Notes under the pieces: model-generated
What the model was told of the DNA's origin: nothing
Databases searched by the model: none
What the model saw: only the letters and a program-made list of their open reading frames with translations
IMG/VR virus record: IMGVR_UViG_3300038674_000223
Location: 1-28,455 of that record
Direction: 5' to 3' (one strand)
Source: a virus
Taxonomy: Duplodnaviria; Caudoviricetes
Length of the DNA stretch: 28,455 bases
Shown: positions 8,254-17,224 of the stretch, piece after piece
Numbering within the stretch: position 1 is the stretch's first letter
How the letters are laid out: the number at the start of each line of letters is the position of its first letter
Program-made: the position numbers and the translations under genes

Positions 8254-9687
8254 GTGGCTAATCTTGCTGATTCCATTGAGAAAATCGTTCGTGAGGAACT
8301 GTCCCCCGGTATTCAGGACGCCCTCGTCGAACTCGACCCTCTGTTTGCGGACATCAAACAGAATACCCGGTCGGCTTCCCAGTCTGAAATTGGTCGGGAC
8401 TGGAAGGCCATCATGACCTTCATTACCTCGCTGGCCGGGTCTCTCCGCGCTGAGGCGGACACGGCTATCGAGGGCGACGACCTCTCCTACGGAACCGGAG
8501 CAGGGGAGCCTGCCGTCATCTACTCGCCCAGCGTGACCTGGCCGAGCATTGCGGAATCACCGGCTCCTGGCTACGTCCAAAGGACGATCCAACTGAAGCG
8601 GTGGAAGGGCAACATGTTTGTCCCCCACGACATCCTGCGAGCGGATCGTCTGACGGCCTCCATCGGTTCCCAGTTGGCGGCTACCATCAAGCAGACCGCT
8701 CGGATGGTGGCCCACCACAAGGCCAACCTCTTCATGGCCTCCAACGCTACTACCCGGCCGCTGGGCGTTATCAGTGCCGTCATCACCATTGGTGATGGCG
8801 ACGCGGTGGTCTCTCTGAAGGCCTCTACACCCTTGAGGCGACTCCAACCGGGCATGGTCGTGGATGTCCACGACGCAAGCAACTCCTGGGTACAGTTGAA
8901 TGACCAGACGGCGGCGAAGAACGTGGTGATCGTCAAGGCGGTCGATCCCGTGACCGGCTACGTCACGCTGACCCACACGGTGAGTACCGCCAGGTGGGCG
9001 GACAACTTGGCGGAGAACGATGTGATCGTGCTCCGCAAGTCGTTCGACGCATCCGGGGGCCTCGGGTACGGCCCCAAGGGTCCGATGTATTGGATGGTGA
9101 ACAGCGGTTCGGTCTACGGGCTGAACACGGCGTACTACCCGCAGTTCAAGTCGCTTATCCAGGCGGTCTCCGGGACGCTGACCAACGAGGTGCTCCGTAA
9201 GTACATCGGCACCTACATGAACGCACGGTCGGTGGGCTGGTGGCCGGACACCCTGCTGACGACTTCGGGAGTCCTGTCGGACTACGTCGGCGAGACGGAC
9301 GACATCCAGCGGTTCCAGGTTCAGGGGGCTCCGGTGAACGTGCGGGGCGGCTTCGCGGCCGGGACCACCTTCACCTACGATGGGCGGACGTTCCCGATTC
9401 GCACCTCGGCCCTGATGCCGGGTGGCGAGCTTTGGGGCCTCCGCCTCAAGGGGAACATCACTCGGTACACGCCTCCGAAGCTGCCCGGCGCTGGTTCGTC
9501 GGGCGAGTTCGACGGCGACATCGAGTTCGTGGCTCCTCTGGGCGGCCTGAAGGGCATCTGGAAACACACTACGGTGAACGATGCCCTGTCGCCCTACGTC
9601 GAGGCCCCCTTCGAGTGCATCGAGGAGTACGCACCGGAGATCATCCCCGGCATCCGGCTGACCGGCCTGACCGAATGGACGGCCTGA
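8254..9687 (+). CDS. Major capsid protein
   Basis: 477 aa directly after the scaffold; GTG start after GAGGA; strongly biased codons; ends IRLTGL, a typical HK97-fold terminal strand pattern. Confidence 0.88.
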   Translation: MANLADSIEKIVREELSPGIQDALVELDPLFADIKQNTRSASQSEIGRDWKAIMTFITSLAGSLRAEADTAIEGDDLSYGTGAGEPAVIYSPSVTWPSIAESPAPGYVQRTIQLKRWKGNMFVPHDILRADRLTASIGSQLAATIKQTARMVAHHKANLFMASNATTRPLGVISAVITIGDGDAVVSLKASTPLRRLQPGMVVDVHDASNSWVQLNDQTAAKNVVIVKAVDPVTGYVTLTHTVSTARWADNLAENDVIVLRKSFDASGGLGYGPKGPMYWMVNSGSVYGLNTAYYPQFKSLIQAVSGTLTNEVLRKYIGTYMNARSVGWWPDTLLTTSGVLSDYVGETDDIQRFQVQGAPVNVRGGFAAGTTFTYDGRTFPIRTSALMPGGELWGLRLKGNITRYTPPKLPGAGSSGEFDGDIEFVAPLGGLKGIWKHTTVNDALSPYVEAPFECIEEYAPEIIPGIRLTGLTEWTA

Positions 9688-9834
9688 CCGACCGGCCGGG
9701 ACCGACAACTGACCGATTGGTCAGGACCAATAACTGACTGATCGGCCGGGCTGGATAACTGAATACGTCCCGAGACAGGGACATCGTGAGGCGGTATCCA
9801 TGACGCCTCGTTTGAGACTTCCTTTCTCTTCCCT

Positions 9835-9873
9835 CGGAGGGCCTCTTTCGATTCGTCGGGAGAGGCCCTTCCG
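9835..9873 (+). other. Long RNA hairpin downstream of the capsid gene (processing, attenuation or stability element)
   Basis: CGGA-GGGCCTCT-TTCGA [TTCG] TCGGG-AGAGGCCC-T-TCCG, directly before SD AGGAGG; no U-tract. Confidence 0.55.
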
Positions 9874-9891
9874 TAGGAGGACCAAGACAAA

Positions 9892-10350
9892 GTGGAGGCC
9901 CGTGACGTGCAATCTCCCAACATCCTGACTATCCGGCGGAGACCCTCCGACCACATCATCCAGCGGGGTGAACTGTCCGACTTCCTGAAGCGGCGGTTCC
10001 CCCACCTCCCGATGTTCGTGTACCGGCATGCCAAGACCCACAACTGGGTGATTGCCTGCTGGGCCGACAAGTCGGAGGGCACCTTCGTCGAATTGATGGC
10101 CATGCCCGACCCCTCCGGGTTTACCCGCGAGGACATGACCCGCCTCGATGGGTGGGCCAACCATCGGTTCATGTCCAACAAGGAGTGGGCCGCACTGATC
10201 CGGTCCCACGAGAGATCGCAGGCGAATGAGGCCCTCGACGACCAGGCTCGCACTCGGGATCGAAACAGGTTCATGGGCCGCAAACTGGGGAGTGACCACC
10301 CTTTCTTCGATAGCTCGGGCGGCTTCCCCGTGGACCTCCAGTACACCTGA
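9892..10350 (+). CDS. Hypothetical phage protein
   Basis: 152-aa ORF with AGGAGG upstream; fills the gap in the operon. Confidence 0.75.
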   Translation: MEARDVQSPNILTIRRRPSDHIIQRGELSDFLKRRFPHLPMFVYRHAKTHNWVIACWADKSEGTFVELMAMPDPSGFTREDMTRLDGWANHRFMSNKEWAALIRSHERSQANEALDDQARTRDRNRFMGRKLGSDHPFFDSSGGFPVDLQYT

Positions 10351-10379
10351 CCGCCGACGGCGGAGAAAGGCCGATTCTC

Positions 10380-11297
10380 ATGTCAACCGCGACCGTCTCG
10401 CCGTTCATGCTGACTCGGCTCATTGAGTTGATTCGCCAGTACACGGACGAGCCCGCAGCCAAGGCCAAGTACAAGGATGACGACTGCCTGGCTCATGCCG
10501 AGGCCGCCTTCCAGTCTATCCTCATGGAACTGAATGGGGCGTCGGACAACCCTCTTCTCGTCCGCCACACCATCACAGTCCAGACAGGCATCTCCTCATA
10601 CTTGCTGCCTCCTTCCGTGGAGCAGATCCGCCAAGTAGGCATCCGTAATGAGGAGGGAGTCCTCCAGGCCGTTATCGACCCCCGGCCCAGTGGCTCGTTC
10701 TACGGACCTGGTTTCCGGCTGGAGGGTCGAGTTCTCCGGTTCGACTCGCCCCCTCGCCTGTCCGCCGACCTGGACCTCGAACTGCTTTATGTGCCCAATG
10801 GAGACTTCCGACTCCACTATGGTACCGTTGAAGGGGGGACGGCCGCCGTCATCGACAAGGATGGCCTCCCTTTCTCCGAGTCTCCTACCTGCGGTGTGCT
10901 GGATACACGGGACAACGCCTACGTCGGTGCCGTCCTCCGGATCATTGAATCCAACCAGAACCTCGTCCAGGAGCGGACCATCATTGCCTACGACCACCTA
11001 ACCCGCCGGGCAACAGTTGATCCGCCATTCGATCCTGTCCCGACCGGGCCTGTCCGTTACGAAGTAGTCCCCTCCTACTACCGGCTTATCGAGACGGTTG
11101 TGGCGATCCACGTTGCCCTAAGTCTGCGGGCCATCCTGGGCGACAAGCGCAAGTACGAACTCCTGGAACGTCAGTATCTGCGAGTCCTCCGTACTCTCCG
11201 AATGCAAGTGGCCCGGATGGACCCCAACCGGGGAGACACCTACCGGCATGACCGGAGGCCCCGTGCCATCTCCGGCTCCTATCGGAGGTACACTTGA
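10380..11297 (+). CDS. Head-tail adaptor / tail tubular protein A-like
   Basis: Located after the capsid; helical N-terminus (LIELIRQYTDEP...AEAAFQSILMEL), TVQTGISSYLLP motif and helical C-terminus, as in podovirus adaptors. Confidence 0.7.
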   Translation: MSTATVSPFMLTRLIELIRQYTDEPAAKAKYKDDDCLAHAEAAFQSILMELNGASDNPLLVRHTITVQTGISSYLLPPSVEQIRQVGIRNEEGVLQAVIDPRPSGSFYGPGFRLEGRVLRFDSPPRLSADLDLELLYVPNGDFRLHYGTVEGGTAAVIDKDGLPFSESPTCGVLDTRDNAYVGAVLRIIESNQNLVQERTIIAYDHLTRRATVDPPFDPVPTGPVRYEVVPSYYRLIETVVAIHVALSLRAILGDKRKYELLERQYLRVLRTLRMQVARMDPNRGDTYRHDRRPRAISGSYRRYT

Positions 11298-12031
11298 TGC
11301 CCGTAGTCCCTTTTGATCCTGTAGTCAAGAACCTTCGGGAGTTTCAGGGGATGTGGTCCGACAATGAGGACGGCTTCATCTGCCCCTCGGACTTCCGAGA
11401 CTTGATTGCCACCGGCCTGGGTAACTTCTCCCAGACCTTCGCGCTCTCTCGACCCGATGAGCTAACCACCGATTCACTGGGCCTCAAAGACACTATGCAC
11501 TTCGGCTGGATAATCCCTGCCGGAGAGGTCCAGCCTCATTACTTCCTCCATCCTGCCGGAGAAATGCAGTCCTCCTGTCAGCATTCCGGAGGTTGTCTCA
11601 GGTCTACCGGCATCCTCAACTCCCTGACCACCGAGGGTTGGGTCTGGTCCACTGGGGTTGGGATTGCCTGCCTGTCCTCCGGCATCTACTGGCTGACCGG
11701 CTATATCACCGGATTTGGATGGAACAGCCGGGATGGGGAGGGAACCGTTTGGGCGGGGGGAGAAGTGGGCTTGCTGGCTCTGCCCGGCAGATGGCTGCCC
11801 GGCTTCCCTCTACGGTTCTGCAATCGAGGGTCCGAATCCACTGCTGAGAACCGAGAGACTTCTCACCTGTCATTCAGCACACTGGCCCCCCTTAATCGGG
11901 GAGACCTCATCGTTCCAGCCGGTATACGAGATGACGACCAGGCCGACTACATTACCCCAGCAGGGCAGACCGTTCCTCGGTTCTACGGCGCAACGGGAGG
12001 CAGAATCACTGCCGTCCGTATAGGAGGTTGA
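11297..12031 (+). CDS. Putative virion spike/fibre protein with C1q/BclA-like C-terminal beta-sandwich
   Basis: TGATG coupling to the previous gene; N-terminal DNEDGFICPSDFRDL; C-terminal SGIYWLTGYI...STLAPLNRGDLIVP. Confidence 0.55.
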   Translation: MPVVPFDPVVKNLREFQGMWSDNEDGFICPSDFRDLIATGLGNFSQTFALSRPDELTTDSLGLKDTMHFGWIIPAGEVQPHYFLHPAGEMQSSCQHSGGCLRSTGILNSLTTEGWVWSTGVGIACLSSGIYWLTGYITGFGWNSRDGEGTVWAGGEVGLLALPGRWLPGFPLRFCNRGSESTAENRETSHLSFSTLAPLNRGDLIVPAGIRDDDQADYITPAGQTVPRFYGATGGRITAVRIGG

Positions 12032-12035
12032 CTCA

Positions 12036-12569
12036 ATGGCTGATACATCCAGGGAACTCACGGCACTCCTGGCCTTGTTCCCCGACAATACAACCGGCCA
12101 GATCACTCCCCAGAATCTCCGGGATCTGGCTGTTTCCATGCTGTCCGGCTATGGCTGCCTGTCCGGAACGACGGAGGGCTCCGAGATTACCTCCGAGAGC
12201 GCCGTAGTTATTGACCAGTTCTCCGAGGAGTCCGTCAGTTCGGACGACGTGACCCTGAATGCCGATGACAACGACGGCCGCATTGCTGTCTCCGTCGAGG
12301 GCGACTACCTCATCAGTGTCTGTGCCAGCCTGAAGAACGAGGTGACGTGTACGCCCGGCAACATCGCGGTCTTCAAGAACGGAGTAGTTGTGCCCGGCCT
12401 GAATGCTACTCTCCGTTCGGGAGTCAGTGCCAACCAGATCACGCCTGTCAGCATCGCGGCAATCGTCCACCTCGAAGCGGATGACTATGTGGACGTTCGA
12501 GGGTGGGTGGCCACCGACGGCGACCTCCTCGTCAAGGGCGGTTCCTTCTTCATCAAGAGGGTAGGCTGA
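12036..12569 (+). CDS. Putative virion spike/fibre protein with C1q/BclA-like domain
   Basis: RBS AGGAGG; N-terminal DNTTGQITPQNLRDL; C-terminal EGDYLISV...AIVHLEADDYVDV. Confidence 0.6.
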   Translation: MADTSRELTALLALFPDNTTGQITPQNLRDLAVSMLSGYGCLSGTTEGSEITSESAVVIDQFSEESVSSDDVTLNADDNDGRIAVSVEGDYLISVCASLKNEVTCTPGNIAVFKNGVVVPGLNATLRSGVSANQITPVSIAAIVHLEADDYVDVRGWVATDGDLLVKGGSFFIKRVG

Positions 12570-12829
12570 TGCAACTCTCATCTCCAAGCAATTCTTTGGA
12601 AGTCACTACCTTGCCGCCCACAACGCGAGTACGCTGCCTGGTGTCGTGGAGGCCCGTGGCCTTCGATGGGCTCCTCCGCAGCCGTCCCTTCGACGGTCAA
12701 TACTTCGAGGCCCGAAGACTTGTTCGACCCCGGTTCGACGCTTCAGCACCCTCGATGCCCGTCCGGGACGCATACGATCCGCCCATTGTGACCCAGTTCA
12801 AAGTGACCTCCCAACAGGAGGAGCCATAA
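12569..12829 (+). CDS. Small hypothetical protein
   Basis: The ATG overlaps the previous TGA (TGATG) and the ORF ends just before the next start. Confidence 0.55.
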   Translation: MQLSSPSNSLEVTTLPPTTRVRCLVSWRPVAFDGLLRSRPFDGQYFEARRLVRPRFDASAPSMPVRDAYDPPIVTQFKVTSQQEEP

Positions 12830-12830
12830 C

Positions 12831-15233
12831 GTGGGCTTGAACCAGAACTGGACATACGAGTTTGGGTTGCCCGTGGCCGACTATCGGACGGAACCGGCCG
12901 CCATCTCCTATGGTATGAACACCGATCTCGTAGGTGTGGACGGCCGGTTCGTCGGCGTCCTGAAGAGGGCACCCGGGTTTGACCGTTGCTCTCGACTCGC
13001 CCTTACTACTACGGGTGAGTCCTCGGGATTCCAGCTTAGCGCGTTTAGCACGGGATTCCGCCGCAGTCGAGCCCTGGACTTCTTCCGGTATGCCGAGGTC
13101 TACAAGGGTACCACCGGGGTCATCCTCCGGGGCTTTGTTGTCCGTACCGGCCACACGTTGGCCTTCCACTACTACGATCCCCAGGAGGCCCAGTGGCTGA
13201 GCCACACGATCAGTGAGGAGTCGGCAGGCCCCATCGACATTACCTATGGGCCGAGGGCCATCTACTATACGTCCAGCCGGAGACGAGGACGTACTGTATT
13301 CTGGCATGAGGGAGAGTTCGTCAACCTGCCGTTCGGCCCCGCTCACCCCTCGGGGGCCATGATGCTGGTCCCTTCCGGCCCCATGTCCACCAACAAAGCG
13401 ACCGGGGCTTTGAGCACGCCGGTCAACCAGGACGGCCGGTACCAGATCGGAGTTCGACTCAGCGATTCTCGAAGGGGAGCGGCCACCCCCCTCTCCTGGT
13501 ACATGCTCGAAGATCCCCTGGCGCCGTCCTGGGTCAGAGAGACCCCCGCCGTTCCTCCTTCCTCCAGCCTCTACTACTTGTCCGTGGGCATTACGATCAG
13601 CCCCGAGGATGCTCGGTCCTATGACACCATAGAGGTGTACCGGTCCATCCGGGAAGGCTCGTACCTATACCGGGCATTGACCTGGCATGCCCCTTCCGAA
13701 GTTGCGGGTGCCCAAACCCTGGCGGACCTGACGGGAGTACGGCCTACTCTGTCGGGGGGAGTAACCAACAATCCTCCTTCCCCTCTGGGAGAGCAGGGGG
13801 GCGTCGTCATTATCCAGTTGGGGAACAAGAACCTCAATGGAAACATCGTAACTCTCCGCGAGGGGGTCCGCTGCCTGACGAGTGGAGTAGATGACACCCT
13901 GTTGTCGTACCTGTCGTCCTTCGACTTTCAGGAGGATACGGCGGCTGGACCGATACGGGCCTCCACTCTTCTCTATTCGGGTGGGGCGTTGTTCGCGGCG
14001 GGTGATGACCTGAATACAACGCGAGACGGTGGAGACATCCGGTTCAGCGTGTTGACTCAGCAGATGCCCGAGATATTCCCCGGATTGAATGTCCACGGGC
14101 TGGCCCGGTCGTCGGATCGAATCCTCCGCTTCCTCAAGTCCGGCAGCCTGGTATACGGGATCAGCCGAGACAAAGTGTATCGGCTGACTCGTGTAGGCAA
14201 CTTGGTCGCCTCCGAGCAGATGGATACTGGGTGGGGAGCGGTTGGGGCTGAGGCAGCAACGAATCTCGGACCCGATCTGGTCTTCCTCAGTTCCAGTGCT
14301 CTTCTTTCCATTCAGGCATCGTCCGGAACCCTGTCCACCATAAGCATTGTGGACCGGATCTTGAACCATCTATCGGAGTGGGGCGAGTCGAGAGCGGGGG
14401 TGTTCCTCGCCTACGATGCCGCTATGGCCGTCCTGTATCTGATTAACCCCGTCAAGGAAGAGGCGCTGTTGGTTTGGGGCACCTCGAATACGGTGACTCG
14501 CCGGAAGGACATGAACTTCGTCGCGGCCACTTCTGGCGTCCACCCTGTATATGGAGGTGGGGATCGTGTATTCCTGGTGACGGCTACTGGGCTGGTAGTC
14601 TCCTCTCCAGTGTCCTCGGAACCAACCACCCAACTGGGTATCGCGGGTACCATCAACGGGGTTGTCCGAGCCTCGTCGAGCGGGTCGGAGTTGTACGATC
14701 CCACCGCCCAGTTTGCGGCCGATCTCGTGGACTGCTATCTCTACATCCTGACGGGTGAGAATGCGGGGGAGAAGCGGCGCATCACCAGCAACACAGTCCA
14801 CCGCCTGGCTCTCGACTCGCCTCTTAGTGTGGAGAAGGGTGATCGTTATACGATCAGCCCGGTGCCTTTTGAGGTGGTGGGGTGGCCGCTGGGTTCGTCG
14901 GAAGACCCGAATCTGCCACGGGACTACTTTGTTCGGAGAAGGACTAGGGCACTGGGGGCCTACTTGAGGTTGCCTGGAGGGAAGTACGGGACTCCAACGG
15001 ATGACCATGCGCCCTATCCTTTGGTGACGGTGGGAGTATATGATGATATGAGTGAGCCTCCTGTCCATTCCGACTCCTTTGTGGTGCAGCAGGAGACTCA
15101 CGACAACTTTGGGCGGGTGGTGGCTGGTCGGGGGACACTGCTGCCTTTTGTTCAATGTTTGGTGTCGGGGCTCCCTCTGGAGATGATCTCGATGGTTGTC
15201 TCCGGGGAGGTAGATGACACGATGGAGATGTAG
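12831..15233 (+). CDS. Tail nozzle / tail tubular protein B-like (beta-propeller-type)
   Basis: 800 aa, beta-rich; RBS AGGAGGAG; N-terminal VLKRAPGF, internal IRFS...PEIFP and GAVG...LVFLS patterns; precedes the ejection-type genes. Confidence 0.7.
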   Translation: MGLNQNWTYEFGLPVADYRTEPAAISYGMNTDLVGVDGRFVGVLKRAPGFDRCSRLALTTTGESSGFQLSAFSTGFRRSRALDFFRYAEVYKGTTGVILRGFVVRTGHTLAFHYYDPQEAQWLSHTISEESAGPIDITYGPRAIYYTSSRRRGRTVFWHEGEFVNLPFGPAHPSGAMMLVPSGPMSTNKATGALSTPVNQDGRYQIGVRLSDSRRGAATPLSWYMLEDPLAPSWVRETPAVPPSSSLYYLSVGITISPEDARSYDTIEVYRSIREGSYLYRALTWHAPSEVAGAQTLADLTGVRPTLSGGVTNNPPSPLGEQGGVVIIQLGNKNLNGNIVTLREGVRCLTSGVDDTLLSYLSSFDFQEDTAAGPIRASTLLYSGGALFAAGDDLNTTRDGGDIRFSVLTQQMPEIFPGLNVHGLARSSDRILRFLKSGSLVYGISRDKVYRLTRVGNLVASEQMDTGWGAVGAEAATNLGPDLVFLSSSALLSIQASSGTLSTISIVDRILNHLSEWGESRAGVFLAYDAAMAVLYLINPVKEEALLVWGTSNTVTRRKDMNFVAATSGVHPVYGGGDRVFLVTATGLVVSSPVSSEPTTQLGIAGTINGVVRASSSGSELYDPTAQFAADLVDCYLYILTGENAGEKRRITSNTVHRLALDSPLSVEKGDRYTISPVPFEVVGWPLGSSEDPNLPRDYFVRRRTRALGAYLRLPGGKYGTPTDDHAPYPLVTVGVYDDMSEPPVHSDSFVVQQETHDNFGRVVAGRGTLLPFVQCLVSGLPLEMISMVVSGEVDDTMEM
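12988..13001 (+). repeat. 14-bp dispersed motif, copy 6 (intragenic)
   Basis: Exact match; read as C-SRLA. Confidence 0.95.
14382..14395 (-). repeat. 14-bp dispersed motif, copy 7 (only inverted copy)
   Basis: GGCGAGTCGAGAGC on the + strand; read as GESRA. Confidence 0.95.
14808..14821 (+). repeat. 14-bp dispersed motif, copy 8 (intragenic)
   Basis: Exact match; read as ALDSP. Confidence 0.95.
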
Positions 15234-15235
15234 AA

Positions 15236-17206
15236 ATGGCTACGGCTACTGACCCTCTGCTGGACTTGTCGGCATCCGCTCCCGCTCGAAAGAATGAGTG
15301 GGATTACTGGGAGGACTGGGCGAATCGAACCAGATCCGCTTGGTCTACCTACGAAGAAGATCTGGCAGCTGAGGCGGCCTTCAAGGATCAACAGGCCAAG
15401 TGGCAGAAACAGAAGAGCGCGTGGGACCAGGTGTGGTTCCCCGGAAAGACGATTGCTTCCCTCTTTGGATATGATCCGGTGGGGGCGCCGCCTACGGCTC
15501 CACAGTATGGGTCCGCCCCCGCAACCTACCCGAAGGCCACGACAAAGTCGTCAGGGTCAGGCTTGGGAATCTTGTCGGCACTGGCGAACATGCTTCTGGC
15601 CCCCGCGAAATCGACGGCAAGCGCAGAGACATCGACTACTCCCGCACCTATGGCGCCGAGTCTGGCCAAGCCTCCAAGCCGGGAGGACTTCGGATCGGAT
15701 GAGGAGTACCGGGCGGCGCTGGGGACGTGGGCTCGACAGGCGGATGTCACCAAGGCATTCGAAAGTGAATTGGGGCCGTTCAACCCCAACGAATATGATT
15801 CTCGGATGGCGAATGTTCTTAAGGCATTCAACCGGGACTATACTGCGGCGGAAGGCACTCGGGAGCGCCAGCTTGCTGAACTGGTCTCTCTCTATGAGGC
15901 TACAAACAAGGGATGGGGGGAGTCTATTGAAGGTTATAAGGAGGGGATGAACGCCGCATATGGTGGGGGAATCGACAAGTTCCTGGCGGCCCTGAAGGGG
16001 GATCAGGACACGGACTTGGCCGATCTGGCGACGGCATTCTCAGAACGGCGGGATGAGCTTGGCACTGCCTTTGGGGAGCGAGAAATCCAGAACCTGCTTA
16101 CTCTGATGGGCCAGCGGGAAGAACAAAGCTCGGGCCTGAAAGCCATCCAGGATATGTTGGCCCAGGGCCGAACGGACACTCAGCAACTGGCGGAAGGCTC
16201 CCGTGGCAGTGTCGAGTTGGCCTACCAGAATACCCTGAAGCGGTTTGACGAACTGGACAGGATGTACCAGGAAGGGCTGAGTGCGTTGAGCCAGTCGGAG
16301 AGAGACACGCTGGCCAATATGGAGTCGACGGTGGCGGCTGAGATGGACACGACCCGCCGGGGTATCGTGACCAATCTGGCCACCGGTCTTCAGGAGACGG
16401 CCTCCCGGCTTCAGCAGATGGGGTACTCTCCGGACTCGCCTCAGTACCAGGCGGCGATGTCTCAACAGCTTCATGCCTCGAATGTTGAGATGGGCCAGAT
16501 GTACAATCGGGCTTGGACATCCTTTCAGGCCCGGCAGACTGAGACGAGAACGGAGTTTGCCAACATCCAGTCGGTGTTCCGAACGAACGCGATGCAGTCC
16601 AAGGCTTATGGGCTCCAGTCCGTAGCTCAGGCAGGTGACACTTACAGCAAGACGATGAGCACGATCAGCAACTGGGAGGCATCCGAACTGAACCAGTTGT
16701 CAATCTGGAGTGGGGATGCTACCTCGAAGCTGCACACATGGTTCGGGGACAAGCTGGGTGACTATGCTTCGCGGGGCGATGACATGACGGCAGAATATCA
16801 GCGGCAGTTGACCGCGACGCTGTCCGAAGAGTATAAGATGAGAGATCAGATCCGGGGCACTTTCAATCGGGCCGTAGGTGAGGCCCAGGTGAACTGGTCT
16901 CAACATCAGGGGGCCATAACCTCCTTGGCCATGATGGCCCAGGATGAATTGGCAACGATGTACCAGGACATCATCGCAACGGATACGCCCATCTATACGT
17001 TCGATGCGGCCATGACCTTCCTGGGGATTCAGGAGTCCCTCAAGGCCAACGACTTCCAGATGATAAACGAGATGCTGGGCACCTTCTTTGAGGGCGGCCG
17101 GTTCTTTGCTCAACTGTTCGAGCTGGGTGGCTTTAAGCAGAAGACCCCGAAGACCAGCAGCTTCAATATACTGGGGTCCGGGTACTCTGAGACCTCGTAT
17201 GATTAG
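15236..17206 (+). CDS. Putative internal virion / DNA ejection protein (coiled-coil)
   Basis: Ala/Gln/Glu-rich helical protein of 656 aa immediately after the nozzle gene. Confidence 0.6.
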   Translation: MATATDPLLDLSASAPARKNEWDYWEDWANRTRSAWSTYEEDLAAEAAFKDQQAKWQKQKSAWDQVWFPGKTIASLFGYDPVGAPPTAPQYGSAPATYPKATTKSSGSGLGILSALANMLLAPAKSTASAETSTTPAPMAPSLAKPPSREDFGSDEEYRAALGTWARQADVTKAFESELGPFNPNEYDSRMANVLKAFNRDYTAAEGTRERQLAELVSLYEATNKGWGESIEGYKEGMNAAYGGGIDKFLAALKGDQDTDLADLATAFSERRDELGTAFGEREIQNLLTLMGQREEQSSGLKAIQDMLAQGRTDTQQLAEGSRGSVELAYQNTLKRFDELDRMYQEGLSALSQSERDTLANMESTVAAEMDTTRRGIVTNLATGLQETASRLQQMGYSPDSPQYQAAMSQQLHASNVEMGQMYNRAWTSFQARQTETRTEFANIQSVFRTNAMQSKAYGLQSVAQAGDTYSKTMSTISNWEASELNQLSIWSGDATSKLHTWFGDKLGDYASRGDDMTAEYQRQLTATLSEEYKMRDQIRGTFNRAVGEAQVNWSQHQGAITSLAMMAQDELATMYQDIIATDTPIYTFDAAMTFLGIQESLKANDFQMINEMLGTFFEGGRFFAQLFELGGFKQKTPKTSSFNILGSGYSETSYD

Positions 17207-17224
17207 CCTGTAGGAGAGACTGAA

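Noticed and set aside
8557-9708. Long antisense ORFs (e.g. 8557..9708, 16700..18004, 18926..20074, 851..1795)
   Set aside because: These are shadow ORFs expected opposite GC-rich coding genes, with no protein-like features
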